Positions 9,303 through 18,938 of a stretch of DNA of 64,000 bases are shown here, piece after piece. The stretch is from NCBI GenBank assembly GCA_964429775.1, contig CAYSDJ010000008.1, positions 4,261 through 68,260 on the forward strand, given 5' to 3'. The stretch comes from an uncultured Rhizobiaceae bacterium (lineage in GTDB: Bacteria; Pseudomonadota; Alphaproteobacteria; UBA828). Each line of letters begins with the position of its first letter. The first letter of the stretch is position 1. The translations under genes and the position numbers were made by a program. Below the pieces are notes generated by a model that was not told the origin of the DNA, searched no databases, and was given only the letters and a program-made list of their open reading frames with translations.

Positions 9303-12299
9303 ATGGCAACTATGTCTTTCTTAACAGATAACGCCCCCCCGCCGAAGCCCGCTGAGCCTGAGCGCGCCAGGCGAGAACTGGATATGTGGCGGCAAAATGC
9401 CGGCGCAAGGTCTAGCGATGAGCCAGAATTGGCCAGGTTCATGACCGAATTCGCGGCATGCGAGGAAGGCCGCCTGTTTTTAGAGGCGGTTTTCGGTAAT
9501 AGCCCGTTTCTTTCCCAGGGCCTGCATCATAATCCGGTGCTTTTGCAAAACGCGGCAAATCATGGTTTTGACCAGGCATTCGAAGGCCTGCTCGAAACCC
9601 TTGCGGCGGAAAAACTATGGCAACGCGGCCGGCCGGAAGTTATGTCCGGCCTGCGTCTCGCCAAGCGTAGCGCCGCCCTCTCCATTGCCCTGGCCGATAT
9701 TGCCGGCGCCTGGCCGCTTGAGAAAGTTTGTCAAAGTCTGTCGCGCTTTGCCGAAATATCGATTTCCATTGCGCTCAATTTTCTGCTCTGCCAGGCGACC
9801 AAGAGCGGGCAAATGTCTCTCGCCAATCCCGAAAATCCGGAATCCGGCTGCGGTATCGTTGTTCTCGGCATGGGGAAGCTGGGCGCCAAGGAGCTCAATT
9901 ATTCGAGCGATATCGATTTGTTGGTCCTGTTCGACGGCGAAGCTGTGGATTATGCCAGCGATGGCGGGCCGCAGCAGGGCCTGCACCGCATGGTGCGCGA
10001 GCTGGTCGCGATCATGGGCGAGCGCAGCGCCGACGGTTATGTATTTCGCACCGACATGCGTTTGCGCCCCGATCCCAGCGCCACGCCGCTTGCCGTCTCG
10101 ACCGCGGCGGCAGAACATTATTATGAGAGCCTCGGGCAAAACTGGGAACGCGCCGCCATGATCAAGGCACGCGCGGTGGCCGGCGACCAGACGGTCGGCG
10201 CACAATTCCTCAACCGCCTGGTGCCCTTTGTCTGGCGCAAATATCTCGATTTCGCCGCGATCGAGGATATCCATTCGATCAAACGTCAAATCAATGCCCA
10301 TAAGGGGCATCATGAAATCGCCGTGGCCGGGCACGATATTAAGGTCGGGCGCGGCGGCATCCGCGAAATCGAATTTTATGCGCAAACCCAGCAATTGATC
10401 TGGGGCGGTAAGGAAGCGGGCTTGCGCCAACGCGGCACCTGTCAGGCGCTGCAGGCATTGGTCGAGGCCGGCCATGCCGATGCCGGCGTGGTTGCTGACC
10501 TGATCGCCGCCTACGGTTACTTGCGCCGCCTCGAACACCGCCTGCAAATGGTCGCCGATGAACAAACCCATCTATTGCCGAAGGAGGCCGACGAGCTGGC
10601 AGCGATCGCCTGTTTCATGGGTTACAGCGATGTTGAGGATTTGTCCGTTGCGGTAAAATTCCATTTGTCGCGGGTTGAAACGCATTATGCCGATCTGTTC
10701 GAAGACTCGCCGGAGCTTGCCGGCACCGGCGGCAATTTGGTTTTCACCGGCACTGAGGACGACCCGGATACCCTGCAAACCTTACGCAGTCTTGGCTTTA
10801 GCGATGGCCATGCCGTATCGGCAACGGTGCGCGGCTGGCACCATGGCCGTATCCGGGCGACGCGTAGTCCGCGCGCGCGCGAGCTCCTGACCGAATTAAT
10901 GCCCGGCCTCCTGGGCGCCTTTTCGCAGACCGTCAGCCCCGACGCCGCCTTCCGCCGCTTCGATGAATTTCTCTCCAACCTGCCGGCCGGCGTGCAGTTG
11001 TTTTCGATGTTTTATGCCCGCCCGGGCCTGCTCGATTCGCTGGCCGAAATAATGGGCAGCGCACCCAGCCTGGCCGAACATCTCAGCCGCCACCCAACCT
11101 TGCTCGATGGCGTCTTGACCGGCCGCTTTTATGAGCCGGTCGGCGCTGTCGATGAGTTGGTGGAAAATCTCGACCACAGCCTGACCCAGGCCGCCGATTT
11201 CCAGGACCTGTTGGACGCGGCCCGGCGCTGGACCCATGACCGCGAATTTCAGATTGGTATGCAGCTCTTACGCGGCATGATATCCGGCGAAGACGCCGGC
11301 GAGGCGCTCAGTGATGTTGCCGCGGCAAATCTGAACGCATTGTTGCCGCATGTGGAGGAGGAGTTTTGCCACGCGCACGGCACCATGCCGGGCGGCGAAT
11401 TCATCATCGTTGGCCTCGGTAAGCTCGGCGGCCGCGAGATGACTTTTTCGTCCGACCTCGACGTTCTCTTTATATATCGCGGCAGTGACCCCGATCAGAA
11501 CCAGTCGGACGGGAAGCGGCCGCTCCCCCTCAGTCAGTATTATGGCCGCTTGAGCCAACGACTGGTGACGGCGCTGAGCGCACTCACGCCGGAAGGCAAG
11601 CTCTATGAGATAGATGCCCGCCTGCGTCCGTCGGGCGCTTCCTCACCGCTTGCTTCAGAGGTATCCGGTTTTGCCGATTATCAGGATAAATCGGCCTGGA
11701 GCTGGGAACATATGGCATTGACCCGCGCCCGGGTGATCGCCGGTACGCCGGCCCTTGCCACCGATGTGCGGGAAATAATCCTGAACGTATTGACGCGCCG
11801 GCGCGACAAGGAACAACTCGTCTGCCACATCGCCGACATGCGCGAGCGGATCGATAAGGAACGCTTCACCGAAAATGTGTGGAAACTGAAACATGTGCGC
11901 GGCGGTTTGCTCGACCTCGAATTCATCGCGCAATATTTTCAGCTGCGCGAAGCCTGCAACTATCCAGAGATCATTGCCGCCGAGACTGACAAGGTATTTG
12001 AACGGTTGGCCGCGTGCGGTGTGATCGAGCGTGAAGCGGCGCTCGATATGGCCAAGGCCTGCCGCCTGTTGCGTCGCCTGCAGGCCTTGCTCAGACTGAC
12101 GGTTGGCGTGAGCCGCGAAGAAAACCATTATCCGGCCGGTGTCCGCCTGGCCTTGGCCGAGGCCGCCAGGGTCGAGACATTCGATGAGGTGAAGGCCCTG
12201 CTGATGGCGACAGAAGAGAAAGTGCGCGGCTATTATGCCGGCTTCATCGATCAACCGGCGCAAGCCATCAAAGACGAAGAAGAAATGGAGAAAATGTGA
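9303..12299 (+). CDS. glnE: bifunctional glutamine synthetase adenylyltransferase/adenylyl-removing enzyme
   Basis: 998 aa with two nucleotidyltransferase domains carrying GS-ATase signatures (LGMGKLGAKELNYSSDIDL and VGLGKLGGREMTFSSDLDVLFIY). Confidence 0.9.
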   Translation: MATMSFLTDNAPPPKPAEPERARRELDMWRQNAGARSSDEPELARFMTEFAACEEGRLFLEAVFGNSPFLSQGLHHNPVLLQNAANHGFDQAFEGLLETLAAEKLWQRGRPEVMSGLRLAKRSAALSIALADIAGAWPLEKVCQSLSRFAEISISIALNFLLCQATKSGQMSLANPENPESGCGIVVLGMGKLGAKELNYSSDIDLLVLFDGEAVDYASDGGPQQGLHRMVRELVAIMGERSADGYVFRTDMRLRPDPSATPLAVSTAAAEHYYESLGQNWERAAMIKARAVAGDQTVGAQFLNRLVPFVWRKYLDFAAIEDIHSIKRQINAHKGHHEIAVAGHDIKVGRGGIREIEFYAQTQQLIWGGKEAGLRQRGTCQALQALVEAGHADAGVVADLIAAYGYLRRLEHRLQMVADEQTHLLPKEADELAAIACFMGYSDVEDLSVAVKFHLSRVETHYADLFEDSPELAGTGGNLVFTGTEDDPDTLQTLRSLGFSDGHAVSATVRGWHHGRIRATRSPRARELLTELMPGLLGAFSQTVSPDAAFRRFDEFLSNLPAGVQLFSMFYARPGLLDSLAEIMGSAPSLAEHLSRHPTLLDGVLTGRFYEPVGAVDELVENLDHSLTQAADFQDLLDAARRWTHDREFQIGMQLLRGMISGEDAGEALSDVAAANLNALLPHVEEEFCHAHGTMPGGEFIIVGLGKLGGREMTFSSDLDVLFIYRGSDPDQNQSDGKRPLPLSQYYGRLSQRLVTALSALTPEGKLYEIDARLRPSGASSPLASEVSGFADYQDKSAWSWEHMALTRARVIAGTPALATDVREIILNVLTRRRDKEQLVCHIADMRERIDKERFTENVWKLKHVRGGLLDLEFIAQYFQLREACNYPEIIAAETDKVFERLAACGVIEREAALDMAKACRLLRRLQALLRLTVGVSREENHYPAGVRLALAEAARVETFDEVKALLMATEEKVRGYYAGFIDQPAQAIKDEEEMEKM

Positions 12300-12301
12300 G
12301 C

Positions 12302-12755
<454 letters not shown>

Positions 12756-12766
<11 letters not shown>

Positions 12767-13550
12767 CCTGGCCACTGCCGCACGCTCGGTCTTAAACGAA
12801 GCGAACGCGGACGAGAAAGCGGCGCGCACGCTCATCGCCGTGGCGGCATGGCGCGCCGGTGATCTTCCGCCCGGCGATGAACATACCGCCATGCCGGAAA
12901 GGCCGGCGCGCCCGGCCCGGCCTAAGCTCCTGCCGCCGCGCGATATGCCGCGCCGGCGGACCGGTGGCACGGCAGGGCGCATCGCCCTCCTGCATGCCGT
13001 CACTCATATCGAGCTGAACGCGATTGATCTGGCCTGGGATTTGATTGGCCGCTTCGGCGCCGAGGACTGGCCCGGCGAATTTTACGCCGATTGGCTTGGC
13101 GTGGCGGAAGACGAGGCGCGCCATTTTCAATTATTGCAAGGGCGCTTGAACGATCTCGGTGCGGGTTACGGCGACCTGCCGGCGCATGACGGTTTGTGGC
13201 AGGCGGCGATGGCAACCGCGCACGATCCCCTCGCCCGCCTCGCCGTCGTGCCGATGGTGCTCGAAGCGCGCGGGCTCGACGTGACGCCGGACATGATCGC
13301 CCGCCTGCGCCGCGCCGGGGACGACAGCAGCGCCGATATTCTCGAAGTTATCTACCAAGAGGAAATCGCCCATGTTGCCGCCGGCACACGCTGGTTCAAT
13401 CATCTCTGTCACGCGCGCGGCCTGCCCGAGATCGAAACTTGGCGCGCGCTGGTCGGCAAATATTACGGCGGAATTCTGAAAGCCCCCTTCAACGAAGCAG
13501 CGCGCAGCGCCTCTGGCATGGCGCCGGAGCTTTACGCTTCGCTCGGCTGA
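12756..13550 (+). CDS. DUF455 ferritin-like domain protein
   Basis: ATG at 12756 overlaps the bcp stop by 11 nt. The diiron-like helical core has EEARH-type motifs (AEDEARHFQLL, EEIAHVAAG). Confidence 0.65.
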
Positions 13551-14681
13551 TTTTCCTCACCGCCCTCGGGCGCATCGCCCAGCACGCCGATACGCTGGGC
13601 CAGGGATGCGGCCATGAATTCGTCGAGATCGCCGCCGAGCACCGCATCCGGGTTGGTGTTCTCGATGTTGGTACGGAGATCCTTCACGAGTTGATAGGGT
13701 TGCAAGACGTATGAGCGGATTTGGTGGCCCCAGCCGATGTCGCTTTTTTGCGCGTTCAGGGCCTGAGATTCTTCTTCGCGGCGCTGTAATTCAGCTTCAT
13801 AGAGGCGCGCCTTCAGCATTGACATGGCGGCGGCGCGGTTGCGGTGTTGCGAGCGTTCTGCCTGGCACTGCACGACGATGTTGGACGGCAGGTGGGTGAT
13901 GCGCACCGCGCTGTCGGTACGATTAACATGTTGTCCGCCGGCGCCCGAGGCACGGTAGGTGTCGATGCGCAAATCCTTCTCTTCGATGGCGATATCGATG
14001 CTGTCGTCGATCACCGGAAAAACCCAGACGGAGGCGAAGCTGGTATGGCGCCGCGCATTCGAATCGAAGGGCGATATGCGCACCAGGCGGTGCACGCCGC
14101 TTTCCGTCTTGAGCCAGCCATAGGCCATGGCGCCGGTGATCTTGATGGTCGCCGATTTGATTCCGGCCTCCTCGCCGGCACTTTCCTCGATCCACTCGAC
14201 CTTGCGCCCGCTGGCGCCGGACCAGCGCACATACATGCGCAGCAGCATCTCGGCCCAATCCTGCGATTCGGTACCACCGGCGCCGGCATGGACCTCGAGG
14301 AAGCAGTCATTGGTGTCCGCCTCGCCCGATAGCAGGCTTTCAAGCTCGAGCTTCTTGGCCCGGCTTTGCAGCTCGCGCAAAGCTTCTTCCGCTTCGCTAT
14401 AGCTCTCTTCGTCCTTTTCCTCTTCGGCCAGCTCGGCCAGGGCCAGGGCGTCGTCAAGCTCTTGCTGCAAAGAGTTGTAGCCGGTAATCGCCTGATCGAG
14501 CCGCGTGCGTTCCCGCATGACCGCCTGCGCCGCTTCGGGGTTGTTCCACAGTTCCGGATCTTCGGCGCGGACGTTCAGCTCTTCCAGATCCTTATTTGCC
14601 TTCTCGAGGTCAAAGATGCCTCCTCAGCAGAACCATGGACTGCTTAATCTGGTCGGCCAGGGAAAGAATATCGGCGCGCAT
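13532..14681 (-). CDS. prfB: peptide chain release factor 2, with programmed +1 ribosomal frameshift (CUU UGA C at 14615..14609)
   Basis: The main ORF contains the SPF and GGQ motif (RASGAGGQHVNRTDSAVRITHLP). A 23-codon ORF0 runs from ATG 14681 to TGA 14612..14610. An internal SD, AGGAGG-CAT-CTT-TGA-C, precedes the shift. The +1 frame continues as DLEKANKDLEEL and onward into the main ORF. Confidence 0.9.
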
Positions 14682-14738
14682 TATCTGCTTCTCGGTGTTT
14701 GTTGCAAAATTTAGAGAATGTGGAGGCGTTAGACTTGC

Positions 14739-17135
14739 TCAGTATAAACCGCCGACCCCTTCGGTCAAAACAGGCGTATCGCCACCCTCGGCCCGCTCGC
14801 TCGCCGGGCGCGGCTCGGTACCGGTGCGGAACGCCTCCACCAGGACGTCCTTACTGCCCTCGCCAGCGGCCAGGCCGGTCTTGCTGTCGACGCGCACAAA
14901 GCGAATGCCGTGCGGCACACGGAACGGTACCGCCGGCGTATCGGCCAGGGCGTTGCGCATGAATTCGCGAAAAATCGGCGCCGCCACCTTGCCGCCGCTT
15001 TCGCGCCGCCCCAGCGTCTTCGGCTGATCGAAGCCGACATAGACGCCGACCGCGAGATCGGGCGAGAAGCCGACGAACCAGGCGTCGCGGAACTGGTTTG
15101 TTGTGCCAGTCTTGCCGCCGATCGGTTTGCCGAGCACCTTGATCGAGCGCCCGGTGCCACGCAGCACCACCCCTTCCAGCATTGAGACGGTTTGATAGGC
15201 GCTCAGGGGATCGGCCACCTGTTCACGTCTGTCGGGTAGCAGCAGTGGCGTCTGTTTTTCCCAGCGCAGATCCGCGCAGCCGCCACAGTCGCGCCCGTCT
15301 CTTGTATAGACCGTGCGGCCATGGCGATCCTGAATACGCTCGACAAAGGCCGGTTCGATATAGCGCCCGCCATTGACCAGCATGGCGTAAGCGGTGGTCA
15401 GCCTGAGCACCGTTGTCTCCCCGGCACCGAGCGCCATCGACGGCATCAGCGGCAGATTGGGGTGAATGTTGAAGCGCTTGGCGTAGCCGGCGATGGTGTC
15501 CATGCCGAGATATTGGGCGATACGCACCGTCATCAAATTGCGCGATTTCTCGAGGCCGAGGCGCAGCGTGCTCGGGCCATAAAATTTCTGCGAATAGTTT
15601 TCCGGCTTCCATTTGCCGAGCCCTTCGCCCTGATCAACCACATAAGGCGCATCGAGCACCACCGACGCCGGCGTGAAGCCATTGTCGAGGGCGGCGAGAT
15701 AGACGAACGGCTTAAACGCCGAGCCAGGCTGGCGATTTGCCTGGGTGGCGCGGTTGAACTGGCTGAGGGCGAAATCAAAGCCGCCGGAAAGCGCCAACAC
15801 ACGCCCGGTGTGTGGATCGAGTGCCACCAAGGCGCCGCTCGCATCGGGTATTTGGCGCAGCGCAAAGCCGGCCGGAGTCTCCTCCGTTGCCGGCATAGCC
15901 TCGACATGAACAACGTCGCCGACAGCCAACACATCCGCCGGGTGGGTGATTTTGCCGCCACGTTTCTGGTCTTTCAGCGACGCCCGCGCCCACTTCAGTT
16001 CAGCAAGCAGCAGCTCGCCCGTCTCGCCGTCGGCGAAGATGAACTGCGCCGCCTCGGCCGTCATCCCGATAACCAAGGCGAGGCGCCACGGGACACTCGG
16101 CAGGATGAGTTCGAGGGCGTTGAAACGCTCTATCCAATTGTCCTGCTCAGGGCCGATATTGGCGAGCGGCCCGCGCCAGCCATGGCGCCGGTCATAGGCA
16201 ACCAAACCGTCACGCAGCGCCTTGTCGGCATGGCTCTGCATAGCCGGGCTGAGCGTTGTCCGCACCGAGAGGCCACCCTCGTAAAGCTCGGCCTCGCCGA
16301 ATTTATCGAACAGCCAGCGTCTGACTTCCTCGGTGAAAAAGGCTGCTTCAACGAACTCCTCCGCATCGCGTTTGGCGGTTCGAAGCGGCGCCAGCGCGGC
16401 GATTTCAGCCTCCTTGGCGCTGACATTTCCGTTTTCGGCCATGCGTGACAGCACCCAGTCACGCCTGGCAACGGCGGCCTCGTATTTCTTGACCGGGTGA
16501 TAATTGTTCGGTGCTTTCGGCAGGGCGGCGAGATAGGCCGCCTCGGCGAGGCTGAGTTCGTCGAGCGATTTGTTGAAATAATTCAGCGCCGCCGCGGCGA
16601 CACCGAAAGAGCGGTAGCCGAGATAAATCTCGTTGAGATAAAGCTCGAGGATACGATTTTTGGTGAACGCGTCTTCAATGCGGATGGCGAGAATGGCCTC
16701 CTTGAACTTACGCTCCATCGAGGTCTCGTTGGTGAGGAGAAAATTCTTGGCGACCTGCTGGGTGATCGTCGAAGCGCCGACCAGGCGCTTGTCCGAGCCG
16801 AAATTACCGATGTTCTGAATGAGCGCACCGGCGACACTGATCGGATCGAGACCGAAATGGTCATAGAAATTTTTGTCTTCGGCGGAGAGAAACGCATCGA
16901 CCACCCGTTTCGGCATCGCCCCGATCGGGACAAAGACCCGCTTTTCGGTGGCATATTCTGCCACCAGCCGGCCATCACCGGCATGCACGCGGGTCATGGT
17001 GGCAGGTTCATAGGCGGCAAGCTGCTTGTGATCGGGCAGATCCTGGCCATAGTGATAGAACAGATAGACCACGACCGCGACGACAATCACGGCAATAAGC
17101 ACGAGCCCGGCCAGGCTATAAAGAAAAATTTTCAT
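14739..17135 (-). CDS. mrcA: penicillin-binding protein 1A (bifunctional glycosyltransferase/transpeptidase)
   Basis: N-terminal TM anchor, GT51 motifs (EDKNFYDHFG, RQGGSTITQQ-like GASTITQQVAKN) and a transpeptidase SxxK region. Confidence 0.9.
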   Translation of the reverse strand: MKIFLYSLAGLVLIAVIVVAVVVYLFYHYGQDLPDHKQLAAYEPATMTRVHAGDGRLVAEYATEKRVFVPIGAMPKRVVDAFLSAEDKNFYDHFGLDPISVAGALIQNIGNFGSDKRLVGASTITQQVAKNFLLTNETSMERKFKEAILAIRIEDAFTKNRILELYLNEIYLGYRSFGVAAAALNYFNKSLDELSLAEAAYLAALPKAPNNYHPVKKYEAAVARRDWVLSRMAENGNVSAKEAEIAALAPLRTAKRDAEEFVEAAFFTEEVRRWLFDKFGEAELYEGGLSVRTTLSPAMQSHADKALRDGLVAYDRRHGWRGPLANIGPEQDNWIERFNALELILPSVPWRLALVIGMTAEAAQFIFADGETGELLLAELKWARASLKDQKRGGKITHPADVLAVGDVVHVEAMPATEETPAGFALRQIPDASGALVALDPHTGRVLALSGGFDFALSQFNRATQANRQPGSAFKPFVYLAALDNGFTPASVVLDAPYVVDQGEGLGKWKPENYSQKFYGPSTLRLGLEKSRNLMTVRIAQYLGMDTIAGYAKRFNIHPNLPLMPSMALGAGETTVLRLTTAYAMLVNGGRYIEPAFVERIQDRHGRTVYTRDGRDCGGCADLRWEKQTPLLLPDRREQVADPLSAYQTVSMLEGVVLRGTGRSIKVLGKPIGGKTGTTNQFRDAWFVGFSPDLAVGVYVGFDQPKTLGRRESGGKVAAPIFREFMRNALADTPAVPFRVPHGIRFVRVDSKTGLAAGEGSKDVLVEAFRTGTEPRPASERAEGGDTPVLTEGVGGLY

Positions 17136-17207
17136 ATTGTGCGTTGTTGTTATTCGCGCTTGAGCGTGGCTGATAAACGATGGAAATGTGGCGCAGTTGT
17201 GGCGCGC

Positions 17208-18476
17208 TCAACATGTTTCATGAATGATAAAATAAGATGCAATTGCATTTGCCACCCGCTTCATCAGGGCGTAGCGCCCCTTTTCAGACAGCAGCAAGCG
17301 GCGATCCTTACTATTTGAGAGATAGCCCATTTCGACCAACACGGAAGGCACCTTCGGCGCCTTCAGCACCCTGAAGCCGGCAAACCGGTGGGTGCGGCCG
17401 AGCAATTTGGTCGATTTTCCAAGCTCGGGGATAAGTTCTCCGGCGAATTTGGCCGAGCAGGTCATGGTGGTGCGCTGCACCAGGGATATCAAAATCTTGC
17501 GCAGTTCCTCGTCATATTCCTGCGAGAAATTCACATCGAACAGGGCATCGACCTCATTTTCGCGTTGTGCCAAGGCTTCGGTTTCCGCGTCGGACGCCTT
17601 CTCGGACAAGGTGTAGACGGCGGCACCGCGCACCTTACTGTTTGCGTGCTTATCGGCATGCAACGAGACAAAGAGATCGGCATCAAGGTCCTGTGCGGTT
17701 TGTGCCCGCGCAGCCAGGCTGAGATATTTATCGCCGCGGCGCGACAGGATCGCCTTATGGCCCCTTTCATCAAGCAACAGTTGCAGCACCTTGGCCGCCG
17801 CCAAGGTGATATTTTTCTCATAGATATTGTTTCCGGCCACCGCGCCGGGGTCGGCGCCACCATGGCCCGGGTCGATAACGATCAAGCGGGCGGCCGAATG
17901 ACTGGCCGCGTTGACCCGGCGCCCGGCCGCCGGCTTCGGCTTATCCGGCGGCAATATCATGGCCAACTTGGTGGCCGGCTCGTCTTCGGGCGGACGCGGT
18001 TGGCGCAATGAGGTGACCGGTTCGGCGAATTTTACCGAACCCAGTGTCGATGGCCGGAAGGACTGTATTGCGACCTCATCGAGGTCTATCACGAGGCGGT
18101 AATTCTTTGATTTTCCGGGCGGCAGAATAAAGGCCTGATTGACTTCGGCCGGCGCATTCAGGTCGACAACGATGCGCGCCGTCTCGGTTTGGAACTGACC
18201 GAAACGGACGGTTTCCACCAATCCCTGGTGAAGCGCCAGGCTTTTTTTGCCAAGCGCCCAGCCGGCGCCGGGCAGATCAAGCACCAGGCGGTAGGGATCG
18301 GCCAGGGTATAAATGCGAAACGCCGTATTTTCGCTGAGATCAAGCACGAATCGCGTGGCATCGGCAAATTGGCCGACGCGCGCGCCCTTGATGGTTGGCC
18401 GTGCCTGCAAGGAATGGCTGAAAAGCGCCGCCGACACCGTCAGCACAGCCAAAAAAAGCCAGAATGAGCGCTTCAC
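17208..18476 (-). CDS. amiC: N-acetylmuramoyl-L-alanine amidase (AMIN + Amidase_3)
   Basis: Signal peptide and AMIN domain, followed by IDPGHGGADPGAV amidase_3 zinc-site motifs. Confidence 0.85.
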   Translation of the reverse strand: MKRSFWLFLAVLTVSAALFSHSLQARPTIKGARVGQFADATRFVLDLSENTAFRIYTLADPYRLVLDLPGAGWALGKKSLALHQGLVETVRFGQFQTETARIVVDLNAPAEVNQAFILPPGKSKNYRLVIDLDEVAIQSFRPSTLGSVKFAEPVTSLRQPRPPEDEPATKLAMILPPDKPKPAAGRRVNAASHSAARLIVIDPGHGGADPGAVAGNNIYEKNITLAAAKVLQLLLDERGHKAILSRRGDKYLSLAARAQTAQDLDADLFVSLHADKHANSKVRGAAVYTLSEKASDAETEALAQRENEVDALFDVNFSQEYDEELRKILISLVQRTTMTCSAKFAGELIPELGKSTKLLGRTHRFAGFRVLKAPKVPSVLVEMGYLSNSKDRRLLLSEKGRYALMKRVANAIASYFIIHETC

Positions 18477-18938
18477 GGGAGCGAATCACCTATTGGTTGG
18501 AGAACGCGAAAGTTTAGCATTTTTGCCCCAATTTTGCGCTATTCGAAGATTAGAATCGTATTAAACAGCGTTAAAACATTTGTCCTTGCCTGCCCCTCGG
18601 CTTATCATGCCGGCGCGAACTGAGGTTTTGATAATTCACCAGTCTACCTTTAGGGGTGGCTTTTCAACCCGAAAATCCAGCGGATGCCTGGCAAATTGAA
18701 GGAAGTCCGCAGCGTATTATTTTGGGTTGCTATCGGAACATGATGAAATTGATGACACAAGCGAAGCTGCAGCCGGACCATTTCCGGCATAAATTGGCCC
18801 CGCAGCCCCCGTCATGGCAGGACAGCTTCCTGCCGAGTTCGACGGCGCGTTGCGCTGGGCATTCAGCTTCCCAAAACCGACCTTATCGCCGCGCTTCGTT
18901 CGCAGCGCATGCGGTATCGTCGCGGAGAAACCCGACAA
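18477..18938 (+). promoter_or_regulatory. divergent promoter region and long rne 5' leader with stem-loops (e.g. GGCAGGA-cagc-TCCTGCC at 18816..18834)
   Basis: About 460 nt of non-coding DNA lies ahead of rne. RNase E genes characteristically carry long structured autoregulatory leaders. The inverted repeats are visible in the sequence. Confidence 0.4.

Noticed and set aside
9615-10571. 318-aa antisense ORF inside glnE (and similar ORFs at 9562..10161, 10896..11237, 11655..12263)
   Set aside because: It lies entirely within the well-supported glnE frame on the opposite or shifted frame. High-GC antisense ORFs with Arg/Gly/Ala-rich composition are expected artefacts.
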